DNA of 64,000 nt from Octopus vulgaris (Eukaryota), in assembly GCA_951406725.2 (NCBI GenBank), contig OX597815.1:190278001-190342000 (forward strand). Reading direction: 5' to 3'. The position numbers and the translations under genes are program-made. The notes beneath the pieces were generated by a model, which saw only the letters and a program-made list of their open reading frames with translations, was not told where the DNA came from and searched no databases. Positions 37,666 to 50,952 of this stretch are shown here, in pieces (positions within the stretch are counted from its first letter, which is position 1; every line of letters starts with the position of its first letter).

Positions 37666-38345
37666 CATCATCATCATCATCGTTTAACGTCCATTTTCCG
37701 CGCTAGCATGGGTTGGACGGTTCGACCGGGGTCTGGGAAGCCAGGGGCTGCACCAGGCTCCAGTCTGATCTGGCAGTGTTTCTACAGCTGGATGCCCTTC
37801 CTAACACCAACCACTCTGCGAGTGTAGTGGGTGCTTTTTACGTGCCACTGGCACAGAAGCCAGTTGAGGCAGTGCTGGCATCGGCCACGTTTGGATGGTG
37901 CTTTCTATGTGCCACCAGTACACGTATCACAACTACTATTTCCATTGATATTTATTTCGATGTTCATGTACTTGACTCAGTAGGTCTCCTCAAGCACAGC
38001 GGGATGTTCTGGAATCCAAGGTACTTTGAATGGGCAGGGGCTATGCGGGACTGGTGCAGGAAGCAACCCGGATCTTTGTAGTCACAGCATATCTCCAGAG
38101 ATCTTGGTCCTTCGTCATTGCCTCTGTGAGGCTCAATGCTCTGAGGTCATGCTTGACTACCTCATCCCATGTCTTCCTGGGTTTACCTCTCCCCCTGATA
38201 CCTTCAACTGTTTGGGAGCAGCACTTCTTCACACATCTCTCCTCATCCATCCACAGTACCTGACCATACCATCGCAAGCGTCGCTCTTGCACACCACATC
38301 TGATGCTTCTTATGTCCAGCATTTCTCTCAGGGTGCTTACCCTCT
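37664..38345 (-). mobile_element. RTE LINE 3' portion: ORF C-terminus plus family C 3' UTR
   Basis: ORF 38041-38322 reads RRLRWYGQVLWMDEERCVKK..RGRGKPRKTW..DQDLWR, a classic RTE C-terminus. It is contiguous with the family C unit and tail. Confidence 0.9.
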
Positions 38346-38351
38346 GTCATG

Positions 38352-38417
<66 letters not shown>

Positions 38418-38429
38418 TATATACATATA

Positions 38430-38659
38430 TCATCATCATTCATCATCATTTAGCGTCCGTTTTCCATGCTAGCATGGGTTGGACGGTTCAACTGGGGTCT
38501 GTGAAGCTGGAAGGCTTCATCAGGCCCAGTCAGATCTGGCAGTGTTTCTACGGCTGGATGCCCTTCCTAACGCCAACCACTCCGTGAGTGTAGTGGGTGC
38601 TTTTTACGTGCCACCTGCACAGGTGCCAGACAGAGCTGGCAAACGGCCACGAACGGATA
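38430..38659 (-). mobile_element. Family C copy
   Basis: Tail plus one unit. Confidence 0.8.
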
Positions 38660-38747
38660 ATATATATATGCATATATACATATATATAAAGTATAGATGG
38701 TATACAATAAAACAAAGAAGGGAGGTATACATAGTACACAACAGGGA

Positions 38748-38839
38748 GAAGAAGAAGAAGAAGAAGAAGAAGAAGAAGAAGAAGAAGAAGAAGAAGAAGA
38801 AGAAGAAGAAGAAGAAGAAGAAGAAGAAGAAGAAGAAGA
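38748..38839. repeat. (GAA)n microsatellite
   Basis: Direct reading. Confidence 0.97.
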
Positions 38840-38915
38840 ATTGTTTCTTTGTTGGTCACAAGGACTGTGAAGACATTTAGGAGAATACAGCAACAGTAGA
38901 GAGAATGGCGCTTAG

Positions 38916-39143
38916 CCTTTTAGAATTCAAATTAATCTGTCAAGAGTAATACTTATTTCTTTATATTGTTTAGAATTTTGAATTATTCATGCATTGTCTC
39001 ATAGATACAAGATTTCGATGATGTGATTGTTTATTTTTAGGATGACATTGTAGGGAAGGTGTGAGAGACAGGATCTGGTTGATTTGAACATAAAACAGGT
39101 AGAATATTTTAGACCAGATATGGCTGCTTTAAATGCTAACGGG
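38916..39143 (-). mobile_element. piggyBac-type MITE
   Basis: Reverse-complement homolog of 55089-55310; ttag / ttaa flanks. Confidence 0.7.
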
Positions 39144-39152
39144 TTAACACAC

Positions 39153-39522
39153 AGTTATGATGATAAGGGTTCGAGTTGATCCAATCAACAGAACAGCCTG
39201 CTCGTGAAATTAACATGCAAGTGGCTGAGCACTCCACAGACATGTGTACCCTTAACATAGTTCTCAAGGAGAATCAGCGTGAAAAAGCATGTGACAAGGC
39301 TGGCCCCTTTGAAATACAGGTACAACAGAAACAGGAAGAAAGATTGAGGGAAAGTTGTGGTGAAAGAGTACGGCAGGGTTCACCCCCCCCCTGCCAGAGC
39401 CTCATGGAGTTTTAGGTGTTTTCGCTCAATTAACACTCACAACGCCTGATCAGGGAATCAAAATCGCGATCCTATGACAACCACGAGTCCGCTGCCCTAA
39501 CCACCAGGCCATTGTGCCTCCA
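39153..39522 (-). mobile_element. SINE family D, tail variant 2
   Basis: Family D head in reverse complement at 39330-39522. The tail is unrelated to the other D copies. Confidence 0.8.
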
Positions 39523-39656
39523 CCGCAATATTAGTAGTAATAGCTGTAAAGGCAGTGAGCTGGCAGAATCGTTACAACACAGGGAAAATGCTCAGTGTCA
39601 TTTTATCCATCTTTGTGTTCTGAGTTCAAATTTTGCAAGGTCAACTTTGCTTATCA

Positions 39657-40074
39657 TACTCTTTTACTCTTTTACTCTTTTACTTGTTTCAGTCATTTGA
39701 CTGTGGCCATGCTGGAGCACCGCCTTTAGTCGAGCAAATCGACCCCGGGACTTATTCTTTGTAAGCCCAGTACTTATTCTATCGGTCTCTTTTGCCGAAC
39801 CGCTAAGTGACGGGACGTAAGCACACCAGCATCGGTTGTCAAGCAATGCTAGGGGGACAAACACATATACACAAACATATACACACACACTTATATATAT
39901 ATACATATATACGACAGGCTTCTTTCAGTTTCCGTCTACCAAATCCACTCACAAGGCATTGGTCGGCCCGGGGCTATAGCAGAAGACACTTGCCCAAGAT
40001 GCCACACAGTGGGACTGAACCCGGAACCATGTGGTTGGTTAGCAAGCTACTTACCACACAGCCACTCCTGCGCC
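39657..40074 (-). mobile_element. SINE family A, full length
   Basis: Near-identical to 60429-60838. Confidence 0.9.
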
Positions 40075-40250
40075 TTTCAAGGTTGACAACATAGGTACCA
40101 GCTGAGCAATGGGGTCGATGCAACTGTGCCAAAACTTAAAACTGTTACTATTATTATTAAGGTGGTCAGCTGGCTGAATGGTTAGTGCTTCAGGCATGAT
40201 ACTACTTTGTAGCATTTCTTCTAAAGCTTTATGTTCCAATTTCAAATACC

Positions 40251-40866
40251 TATTTCTTTAGTACCCACAAGGGGCTAAACACAGAGAGGACAAACAAGGA
40301 CAAACAAAAGGATTAAGTCAGATATATCGACCCCAGTGCATAACTGGTACTTATTTAATCGACCTCGAAAGGATGAAAGGCAAAGTCGACCTTGGCGGAA
40401 TTTGAACTCAGAACGTAGCGGCAGACGAAATACCTATTTCTTTAGTACCCACAAGGGGCTAAACACAGAGAGGACAAACAAGGACAGACAAACGGATTAA
40501 GTCGATTATATCGACCCCAGTGCATAAATGGTACTTATTTAATCGACCCCGAAAGGATGAAAGGCAAAGTCGACCTTGGCGGAATTTTAACTCAGAACGT
40601 AGCGGCAGACGAAATACCTATTTCTTTAGTACCCACAAGGGGCTAAACACAGAGAGGACAAACAAGGACAGACAAACAGATTAAGTCGATTATATCGACC
40701 CCAGTGCATAACTGGTACTTATTTAATCGACCCCAAAAGGATGAAAGGCAAAGTCGACCATGGCAGAATTTGAACTCAGAACATAGCAGCAGACGAAATA
40801 CCGCTAAGCATTTCACCTGGTGCGCTAACATTTCTGCCAGCTCACTGCCTTGCCAACTCGCCACCT
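40251..40866 (-). mobile_element. SINE B trimer (184-bp period, single full head) inside an older opposite-strand SINE B
   Basis: Unit boundaries at 40251, 40435 and 40619. An imperfect TSD tt(c/t)caatttcaaat(a/c)cc flanks the array. Confidence 0.9.
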
Positions 40867-41621
40867 TTCAATTTCAAATCCCAGTTAGGTAAAATTTGCT
40901 TTTCATTCTTTAAGGGTTGATAAAATAAACACGACTAGGGGTCGATGTAATCAATTTATCATTCCCTTAAAATTGCTGGCCTCGAGTCAAAATTTGAAAT
41001 CAACATTATTACTGTTGTTCTTGTTCTTGCTGTCGTTGATGAAGATGATGATGCAATCAGAGCAGAATTCCAGCGTATAATGGTCTGCACATTTCTTTTT
41101 TTATTTTCTTATTTTTGTGATGCTGTCATCCACCATTAAATTCATCCAGTACAATAGGGAGAGAATTATTGGCCTTCAGCAAACCTATAATTCTGCCATA
41201 TTCTTGTTCAATAATGCTTCTGCAACATTGATTGAGATTTTGTTCCTGGAATCTATAATCTGAAGGTCAACAATCTGGAAATGTTGCTGATTCTTTCATT
41301 CTTACTTTGCAAGTTAACACCTTTTTTTTTATGCAATCTTTGCTGCAATAATTCATTCTTACCCACCCACCTGTCATGCTCACATCATAACAGTGGATTG
41401 GCAGAATTAGTAGAATGCTGCAGAAATTCCATTCAGGTCTTTTATTACATCTCTTTATATTCAGACTTCAAATCTTACTGAGGTAATCTTTGCCATTCTT
41501 CCTTGTGGAGTTTGATAAAATACCCTTCCACCCAAGTATTACTATACCTTATCTCCAAATTTGGGGCTTAGTGTTTATGTTGTGTAAGATTAATATTATC
41601 ATTATGTTTTCATTATGTTTA

Positions 41622-42205
41622 CTAGGGCAGGTCAAAAAGTAATGCTATTTTTAGGACAGGTATAATTACCAGCATGGAGGCACGTGGCTTAGTGGTTAGG
41701 GTGTCAGCATCATGAACATAAGATTGTGGTTTCGATTCCTGGACAGGGCGACGCATTGTGTACTTAAGCAAAACACTTCATTTCACGTTGCTCCAGTCCA
41801 CTCAGCTGGCAAAAATGAGTAACGCTGCAATGGACTGGCATCCCGTCCAGCTGGGGAACACATATGCCATAGAAATCAGGAAACCGGGCCCATGAGCCTG
41901 GTTAGGCTTTAAAAGGGTGCATTTATTTATATATAATTACCAACACAGGAACATGTATCATACATCAAAATGAAGCTGGTCCTCTGTGGATCACATCCCT
42001 ACTTCTCAACTTAGTCACCGTTTCTCTCAATAGCCATATTCCACCTTCGAATGAGAGCATGTATCCCTGCCCCATAAAATTCTGTTGACTGCTCTTTGAG
42101 CCACTACGTCACTAAAGTTTTCACTTCCTTGTCACTGGAATAATGTTTACCTCTCAAACCCTCTTTCATGGGGCCGAAGAGATGATAGTCTGAAGGCGCT
42201 AAAGT
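41622..42205 (-). mobile_element. Mariner 3' fragment (transposase C-terminus plus TIR), interrupted by SINE E
   Basis: [49 protein letters not shown]-like tagggcaggtcaaaaagtaatgc lies beside TA. Confidence 0.85.
41675..41931 (+). mobile_element. SINE family E (tRNA head, CORE-like and V-like segments)
   Basis: A/B boxes tggcttagtggttagg and gtttcgattcct; ctgcaatggactggcatcccgtccag. TSD tataattacca at 41661-41671 and 41932-41942. Confidence 0.85.
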
Positions 42206-43960
42206 CCTCCTTTTGCAGTCTCTAAGTACAGTTTTATCTATCAGGAGTTGAGCCTTGGTACCTCTGCACTTACACTTGCAACCCTTCTGCTCATGTGACA
42301 GGACTCCACTTTTTTCCAGATGTTCGTACATTGACTCTGCGAGTATTCAAGTCAATAATTTTCACATACGTGGCAAACAGGATATCAGCCTGTAATTGTC
42401 TACCATATTACCTTTTTCAATGTTTTATAAGCACAGCACTGTCCTATCCATTGTCAACCACTCTGGTGTTACTTGATCAGTATCTTAATAAGGTATTGAG
42501 TTGTGCAGCTATTCGTGCATGACATTCGCCAAATCTTCTTTTGATCCAGTAGCCTTGAACCCTATCTGTTCCCGGGGCCTTCTAGTTGCCAATTTTTTGG
42601 CTGATTTCCTTCACTTCCCTAACTGAAATGGCTAGCTCTGCCTGTTTTGGACAGACTACTGTTTATTTCAGTTTTTGCAACCATTCAGCATCCTTCTTGT
42701 GCTCCTTGTCTTTGCTCCAGATGTCACTCCAAAAACCTTTGACTTTCAATGTAATTTGGTATCAGCTTTTCATCTGTACACTCTCCATTTATTACTTTGA
42801 TTTACTCTGAATAACCTATTCTTTGGCCGTATCTTACTATCTTTGCTTTCTTTGCAATGAGGTGCTGTTTCAGCTCCTCCATTACCACTTTCAGGCCCTT
42901 TCTTTCAATATCACACTTCCTGTTCAGTGCCCTATATTTTTGCTCACTTTTAAGCTCCCCCTTCTCTTTTCAGTCTAATACAGAAATGTCCTTCCAGAAC
43001 ATATCTAACCCCACCTCTATTCTTCTTTTCCACCATGGATCCTTTCATTTGTCACTCCCATTATAATTCTTTTTCTTGACTTCAACACCCACATTTTATG
43101 CTACAACAATACTTGCTGCCTTGATCAAATTATTTGTTTCTATGATGTTTTTTGCTCTGATGTAATTGAAAATTTCAATGACATTTTCTGTTTCCTGGTC
43201 CAATTTCCACCGATCAACCTTTTTAAGGTTGCAAATAATGTCTCTATCGTTCTCTGTAGCCTTGCCTTTATTCTGTCATAGATTGCCTTTTGCCCATGTG
43301 TCATGTCACCATTAGTTTTATTGTCTTCTTCCAAACCATCTTTATGTCTCTCATCGAGCAAGCTATCACTGTTCCTTTCCTGTGGTTATTTAGAGATTTC
43401 ACCTCTGTTTTCTGCTATGAGATTACTTTTATCAGTAGGAACTGTACTTTCATTGTTTCCTCTGCTGCTGTTTGCAATACCCATTTTTTAATCGCTGCAA
43501 ACTCTACATCTGTGAACTAACGATTTTATCTTATTGCTCTAGCTTCATCACATAATCTCTGTTCTGTCAGTTGAAACAATCCTCTTTCTCTCCATTGATC
43601 ATACATACGTTGCTGGTATCCCCTAAGATGAACACCATTTTCATTTACAGGGTTGCTCACATTCTGTGACCACAGCATTGACTTGTTTGTTCCATCTACA
43701 CCGTGGTCCCTTGCTGGTTCCTTGCTAGATAATAACAGGCTGGAGTTGGACCATTATCTCAGAGCCTGCCGAGTGTAACACTGTCATCATCAATAGCTTC
43801 AGTTTCATTTCCACCATTATTCTCAATATTTTGTTTTTACATTGTCACTCATATGAGGTAGTAATTATCAAGTTGCACAGTTACCAGTGTTTTTATTGTG
43901 ACACCATCACTAGATGTATTATCAATCAGGACGTGGGGAGATTCCACTCGTATCCTTTCA
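42206..43960 (-). pseudogene. R4/Dong-clade non-LTR retrotransposon, 5' half with start of RT (many stops and frameshifts)
   Basis: N-terminal GYQQRMYDQWRERGLFQLTEQRLCDEARAIR. RT entry [49 protein letters not shown]. The 5' end abuts (TAA)n, the known Dong-type target. Confidence 0.85.
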
Positions 43961-44049
43961 TTATTATTATCACAACTGATATTATTATTTTCATTTTTTT
44001 ACTATTTGTCATCGTTAATATTTTCTCTGATCCAATGTGAGTTTTGGCT

Positions 44050-44260
<211 letters not shown>

Positions 44261-44640
44261 AGGTGGTGAGCTGGCAGAATCGTTAGCACACCAGGCAAAA
44301 TGCTTAGAGGTATTTTGTCTGCAGCTACATTCTGGGTTCAAATTTCGCCAAGGTTGACTTTGTCCTTCATTCTTTCAGGGTCGATGAAAGAATGAATAAT
44401 TCTTTTATTATTATAACAATCATTATTATCATAATAATAATTTATTATAATGATTATTAATAATTATTATTATTAATAATAATAATAATTATTATTATTA
44501 TTAAGAATAGGCAGAAGACTAGTAGAATCATTACCACACTGGATGAAACCCTTAGTGGTATTTCACCCATCACAACATTCTGAGTTCAAATTCCACCAAG
44601 GTTGACTTTGCCTTTCATCCTTTCAGGGTCAATTAATACC
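44261..44640 (+). mobile_element. Two SINE B head/core fragments, each following (ATT)n
   Basis: 44261-44390 and ~44510-44640. Confidence 0.7.
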
Positions 44641-44797
44641 AATGAGCAAATCTTTATATTTTCTGATCTTGTCAAATTCTTTTGCCAAAATATTATAGGT
44701 ATTTCTCCTGCAGCTGTCTTACCAGGGATATAGCATCAGTAGTACTTTTCCCTGGCACGAACCCAAACTGCATATCATCTAAGCTAACTCTCTCTCT

Positions 44798-45309
44798 CAA
44801 ATCAAAACAAATCAAAATAGATGAACATCAATGGAATTTGTATCTTTGTGGTGCCAGTGCCGGTGGCACGTGGCACACAGGAAAACCATCCGAACGTGGC
44901 CGTAGCCAGTACCGCATCAACTGGCCTCCGTGCTGTGGGCACGTAACAAGCACCATCCGATCGTGGCCGTTTGCCAGCCTCATCTGGCACCTGTGTCGGT
45001 GGCACATAAAAAACACCATCCGAGCGTGGCCGTCTGCCAGCCTCGTCTGGCACCTGTGTCGGTGGCACATAAAAAACACCATCCGAGCGTGGCCGTTTGC
45101 CAGCCTCGTCTGGCACTTGTGTCGGTGGCACATAAAATCACCCACTACACTCTCGGAGTGGTTGGCGTTAGGAAGGGCATCCAGCTGTAGAAACACTGCC
45201 AGATCTGACTGGACTGGTGCAGCTTTCGGGCTCCCCAGACCCCAGTTGAACCGTCCAACCCATGCTAGCATGGAAAGCGGACGTTAAATGATGATGATGA
45301 TGATGATGA
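44798..45309 (+). mobile_element. Family C copy with 4 tandem ~63-bp units
   Basis: ggcac(a/g)t recurs at 44938, 45001, 45064 and 45127. Confidence 0.9.
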
Positions 45310-46031
45310 CAAAGGATACTCCTGTCAATCAATAAATAGACTTTATTATTTTGGTCTTTTTCCACAATATCCAGTTTATTAGTTTTGTTGGTCCTGTCTT
45401 TATATACTACAAAGTTACAAAAGAATCGTTACATTATCTCCCTCAGTTACAGCTCCAGGGTAATGCTTATATCACTTATCAACAGTGCTGGACAGAGTGC
45501 TTAGTGGCATGCTGGACAGAGTGCTTAGTGGCATTTCATCTGTCTTAACATCCTGAGTTCAAATTCTGCCAAGGTCAACTTTGCCTTTCCTCCTTTCAAG
45601 AGATACCTGTTAGGCACTAGGGTTGATGTAATTGACTATTCCCCTCTGTAAAAATTGCAGGCCTTGAGCCTTTAGTAGAGAGGGTCATTATTGATACTAC
45701 TAGAATAACCAGCATGGTGGACTGGCAGAATTGTTACAGTGTTGGATAAAATGTCTTGCAGTGTCTGTGGTGACTTTTTACATTCTGAGTTCAAATACTA
45801 CCAAGGTCAAATTAACCTTTCATCCTCCTAGGTTCATGGAAGGAGTCTCTAATTGATACTTTGATATATATATTTATTTATTGAGAATAATTCAAGTTAA
45901 TATTCTTATCTTGAATATTTCATCCCTGTGACACCTGAATTGATATTCCCTCATTATTATAAAAAAATATATATATGCATATATATATGTGCGTGTGTGT
46001 GTAAATATATATATACATATGTATATATATG

Positions 46032-46070
<39 letters not shown>

Positions 46071-46306
46071 GTAAATATATATATATATACATATATATAT
46101 ATACATATATATATACATATATATATGCATATATGTACATATATATATGCATATATGTACATATATATATATAAATGCATATATATATATATATATATAT
46201 AAATATATGCATATATATATGCATATATATATATATACATTTATATGCATATATATATATAAGTTTGGTAAGGAGAGACATACAAATAAGAAAGAAGAAA
46301 GCAAAG

Positions 46307-46350
46307 GACCACTGATGCAGTCACAGGAGTGTGACGAAAGAACTCTGGCC
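46307..46350 (+). ncRNA. Minimal type-I hammerhead-like motif in a TA-inserted element (~46260-46450)
   Basis: GACCA-CUGAUGC-A-GUCAC-AGGAGU-GUGAC-GAAA-GAAC-UC-UGGCC. Stem II is a perfect 5 bp and stem I pairs at 4 of 5 positions. Confidence 0.6.
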
Positions 46351-46474
46351 GAAATAAGATTGAGATTAATGTAAAAAATAAATAACGCTGAAGCAAAGTA
46401 ACACCAAATATATAGTGTGTGTGTCTTTATTGGCTTAACTGGCAACATGACCATTCCTAAGTACAACAATATAT

Positions 46475-46770
46475 CACCGTGATCACCGTGACCGACCAGG
46501 CTATCAGATGTTGCTACACATCACCGGTCACAATGCGCTTTGCATTGTTTTAGCCTCCAAATGAGGCCACCCCGCTGGCTAAGCGAGCAGGCCAACAGAA
46601 GAAAGAGAGAGAGAAAGTTGTGGTGAAAGAGTACAGCAGGGACCGCCACCATGCCCTGCCGGAGCCTCGTGGAGAGTTAGGTGTTTTTGCTCAATAAACA
46701 CTCACAACACCCGGTCTGGGAATTGAAACCGCGATCCTACAACCACGAGTCCGCTGCCCTAACCACTGGG
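46475..46770 (-). mobile_element. SINE family D, tail variant 3
   Basis: 11-bp TSD caacaatatat at 46464-46474 and 46771-46781; homologous to 50134-50430. Confidence 0.88.
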
Positions 46771-47373
46771 CAACAATATATATACATGCATATATATGCA
46801 AAACCGGTTGAATTATATATTTCATCCTTTACTTTGGAGGGTCTCAAAGTGTGATTTCTAACAAAGATTCTTCATATGTTGCTGGTAGCTTACTGGTGTA
46901 AGATTTTTGCAAATATGAAAATATTACATGTATATGGTGTGTTGTGAGAATTTATGGAAAGGTATCCCATAGAAATTCAACAAATTTGTTATAAATGGTG
47001 AAGAGATGTTAGAATTTGAAGGAATTTTAATACATGCATACGATATTAACATGTAGGATACGATATTAACATGGTAGAATACTTAGAATTAATTTGATTA
47101 AATTAAATCAATTACATATCACTACAAGAAGTATACAAACAAAAAATTATTGTTATTATTATTATTACTATTATTATTACAGAAGACTTGATGAAGGAAG
47201 CAGCAGATAACTAATTCAGATATACATATTTTATTGTTATGAATAATTGAGAGCAAACTAAAGAATGTGTATCTAGTTGAATATATACTTAAGCTGATGC
47301 AGCTAGCAGTTACTTCAAAATATGAATGAAAAATGTTTAAGAGACGTTCCCTTTATAGAAGGGTAAGTATATG

Positions 47374-47411
<38 letters not shown>

Positions 47412-47643
47412 AAGGTAAGTTCAAAAATATATATGTAAAGGTAAGTTCAAAAAGAACAATTCAAACTTTTTGTAGGAGAGAAATTAATATTTTTTCTTAA
47501 TTTTTTTTTTTGCATTGTTTTTCGAAACATACGTATGCATTGAATCTAGTTTAATAATAAATCTATTTCTGCTTCAACATCTTCTTTCCATTTTTTTATA
47601 CTTGCTTATGGTATATTCTTATACCTATAATGAATCTCCTCAA

Positions 47644-47686
<43 letters not shown>

Positions 47687-47698
47687 TATCTATATCTG

Positions 47699-47761
<63 letters not shown>

Positions 47762-47951
47762 GCATATATATAAAAATATATATATATATGTATATATGCA
47801 TGTGTATATATATGTGTATATATATATATGTATATATATATGTATATATGTATATGTATGTATATATATATATACACATTGTACATATGTATATTTACAT
47901 ACAAACAATATGCATTATATATGTATATATATTTATATGTATGTATGAAAG

Positions 47952-48232
47952 TATGTATGTATGTATGTATGTATGTATGTATGTATGTATGTATGTATGT
48001 ATGTATGTATGTATGTATGTATGTATGTATGTATGTATGTATGTATGTATGTATGTATGTATGTATGTATGTATGTATGTATGTATGTATGTATGTATGT
48101 ATGTATGTATGTATGTATGTATGTATGTATGTATGTATGTATGTATGTATGTATGTATGTATGTATGTATGTATGCATGCATGTATGTATGTATGTATGT
48201 ATGTATGTATGTATGTATGTATGTATGTATGT
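47952..48232. repeat. (TATG)n microsatellite, ~280 bp
   Basis: Direct reading. Confidence 0.98.
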
Positions 48233-48585
48233 CTTGCTTCCTCCTGATATTAACAAAATTTGAATAATGTATAATTTACTTTTTGCTACAGAAGATAATT
48301 GGTTTCATTTCGCTGATCAAAAGAATTTCTACTTTTTCTACATTTTTTTATCAGTTTTGTTTTGTGCATTTTGCTTTCTTGATATTGTTTGCTTATTTTG
48401 CTTATTTCTTTCTTTGCATTTTAGTTTTTTTTTTTAAACAAAGCTGTTCTTTTTTTCTTTTTCGTTCTTTATTTTTCCACATAGCAACAACAAACATACA
48501 AAAATATCACCAAATTTTGCAGCAAATATGTATATTTGTATTTATGTGTATGTATGTATACATGTATACAAATATACATACATAC

Positions 48586-48621
<36 letters not shown>

Positions 48622-49311
48622 GGGTAATACCCAAAAGACATTCCAAAATTTAGTATCAACTCCAATATCTTCCATGTAAGAAACATCAAAAGATAATTCC
48701 AAGCAGAAATTGGAAGCCAAGTCATCAGATGGTACTGATAGCTATAGTACCATTATAAAAATATATACTAACTAACAAATAAAGTACAAAACACAAGAAT
48801 ATATTTAAATGAAATAGCAGAAACCATTATTTGCCTCAAAGAAAAATTACTAAAATAGCAAAAAATATTTTTGGAATGGTAAACCCTAATCCTGATTATG
48901 ATAATCACTATTCTTTACGGGGGCTCAAGTTTTGGTTGGTAAAAGGAATATTTGGTTTAATTGATTACCGAAAATTAATCATGTTTAGGCATTGGGTCCA
49001 CTTGTTTCGTTGATATAGTGACAGTGTACTTGCTGTGTGATTAAGAAGCAGGATTTGCAAGCATGTGGATTCAGGTTCAGTCCCATTGTGCCACATCTTG
49101 GGCAAGTGTTTTCAACTATAGCCCTAGCTAGACCAATGCCTTGCGAGTGAATTTGGTTGACAGAAATTCAAAGAAACCTCAGACACTTGAATCAAAGAGT
49201 CTTAGAGTAAACTTAGCAAAGACCAGGTTCCTAGTAAGCAAGAAATCTGACAGGTAAATGGCTGTGTTTGAATTTAGTACACAGAAACTGTGTGAAAGAA
49301 AGCCTGTCATA

Positions 49312-49368
<57 letters not shown>

Positions 49369-49377
49369 CTCTATATA

Positions 49378-49417
<40 letters not shown>

Positions 49418-49590
49418 ACACCAAGAAAGTTAGGGGTTGTGGATCCAACCCACTAAGGTATAATACCTATCCAATATACTGTTGGTATAATACCCAATTA
49501 TTAATACACAAGTGTTTTTAATTGCAATGCAATAAACTTACTTATTGTACTAAATGGGTGAAGGTAAAGAAATATTTTATCATTAATTTA

Positions 49591-49890
49591 TATTGCAAAT
49601 AAGAAAATGGAGAAGCACATTAGTTGGTTCATGAAGTCAACATTTTAATGTCCTAAAGTTGATGAACCAACTAATGTACTTCTCAATTCTCTTATGTGCT
49701 ATATATATATATAACTGATAAAGAAGACAACAAACATTAAGGCAAGGCAAACATCCCAAGTCATATACGTTATTATTATTGGGAAAAATTCATAGTCTTA
49801 CAGCTGTTTCTGGGATATCCCAGAGTATGGGATATTCCGTCTTCTGGTGTTTGTCTTGCCTTAATGTTTGTTGTCCTCTTCAACTATTAT
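49591..49890. mobile_element. Two adjacent short inverted-repeat elements in TA tracts
   Basis: Arms 49591-49633 / 49661-49703 and 49726-49753 / 49848-49875. The second encloses gaaacagctgtaagac in reverse complement, the same motif as in 3255-3780. Confidence 0.65.
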
Positions 49891-50076
49891 ATATCTGCTA
49901 TATTGGAGATCTACAATGGCTCCATAACTACCATCTCAGCTATAACCTTGGTGCCTTAGTAACCCATTACAGCACTTACCTTGCATACCTAATCATTTAG
50001 ATCACTTGTGAACTAAACTCCCATACATTGTATGTGTATATATATATATGTGTATATATATATGTGTATATATATA

Positions 50077-50133
<57 letters not shown>

Positions 50134-50134
<1 letters not shown>

Positions 50135-50430
50135 GAGGCACAATGGCCCAGTGGTTAGGGCAGCGGCCTCGCGGTCGTAGGATTGTGGTTTTGATTCCCA
50201 GGCCAGGCGTTGTGAGTGTTTATTGAGTGAAAACACCTAAAACCTCCACGAGGCTCCGGCAGTGGGGGGGGGGGTGATCCCTGCTGTACTCTTTCATCAC
50301 TCTTTCTTCTGTTGGCCTGCTCGCTTAGCCAGTGGGGTGGTGTCATTCGAAGGCTAAAACAATGCGAACGCATTGTGACCAGTGATGTGTAGCAACATCT
50401 GATGGTCTGGTTGGTCACGTGATCACATGA
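50134..50430 (+). mobile_element. SINE family D, tail variant 3
   Basis: tRNA head ggaggcacaatggcccagtggttagg; ends cacgtgatcacatga(TA)n. Confidence 0.88.
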
Positions 50431-50452
50431 TATATATATATATATATATATA

Positions 50453-50567
50453 TGGTCTCTTTTGCCAAACTGCTAAGTTACAGGGACATAAAGATACCAG
50501 TATCAGTTGTCAAGGGATGGCAGGGAGGGGCGAACACTGGCACACCCCATAAACATATATACATACA

Positions 50568-50603
<36 letters not shown>

Positions 50604-50608
50604 TATAT

Positions 50609-50690
<82 letters not shown>

Positions 50691-50870
50691 ATGTATATAT
50701 GTATGCATGTATGACAGGCTTCTTTCAGTTTCCATCTACCAAATCCACTCACAAGGCTTTGGTGTTGGCCCAAAGCTATAGTAGAAGACACTTACCCAGT
50801 GTGTCATGCAGCAGGACTGAACTCAGAACCATGTGGTGGGGAAGCAAGCTTTTTACCACAGTCACGTTTG
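50453..50870 (-). mobile_element. SINE family A, older, tail missing
   Basis: Homology to family A. Confidence 0.75.
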
Positions 50871-50901
50871 TGTGACTATATATGTACATGTGTATGTGTG
50901 T

Positions 50902-50952
<51 letters not shown>

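Noticed and set aside
44870-45140. CRISPR-like array (63-bp period)
   Set aside because: The units are similar along their whole length with no unique spacers. They lie in an RTE 3' UTR in eukaryotic DNA, and there are no cas genes.
47515-48267. 250-aa ORF and the many YI/HT/VC/MYVC ORFs
   Set aside because: They are stop-free dinucleotide and tetranucleotide microsatellites.
50134-50210. tRNA genes at SINE heads (also 15935, 41675, 3798)
   Set aside because: A/B boxes are present, but I see no complete cloverleaf. Each continues into a SINE body, several with TSDs.
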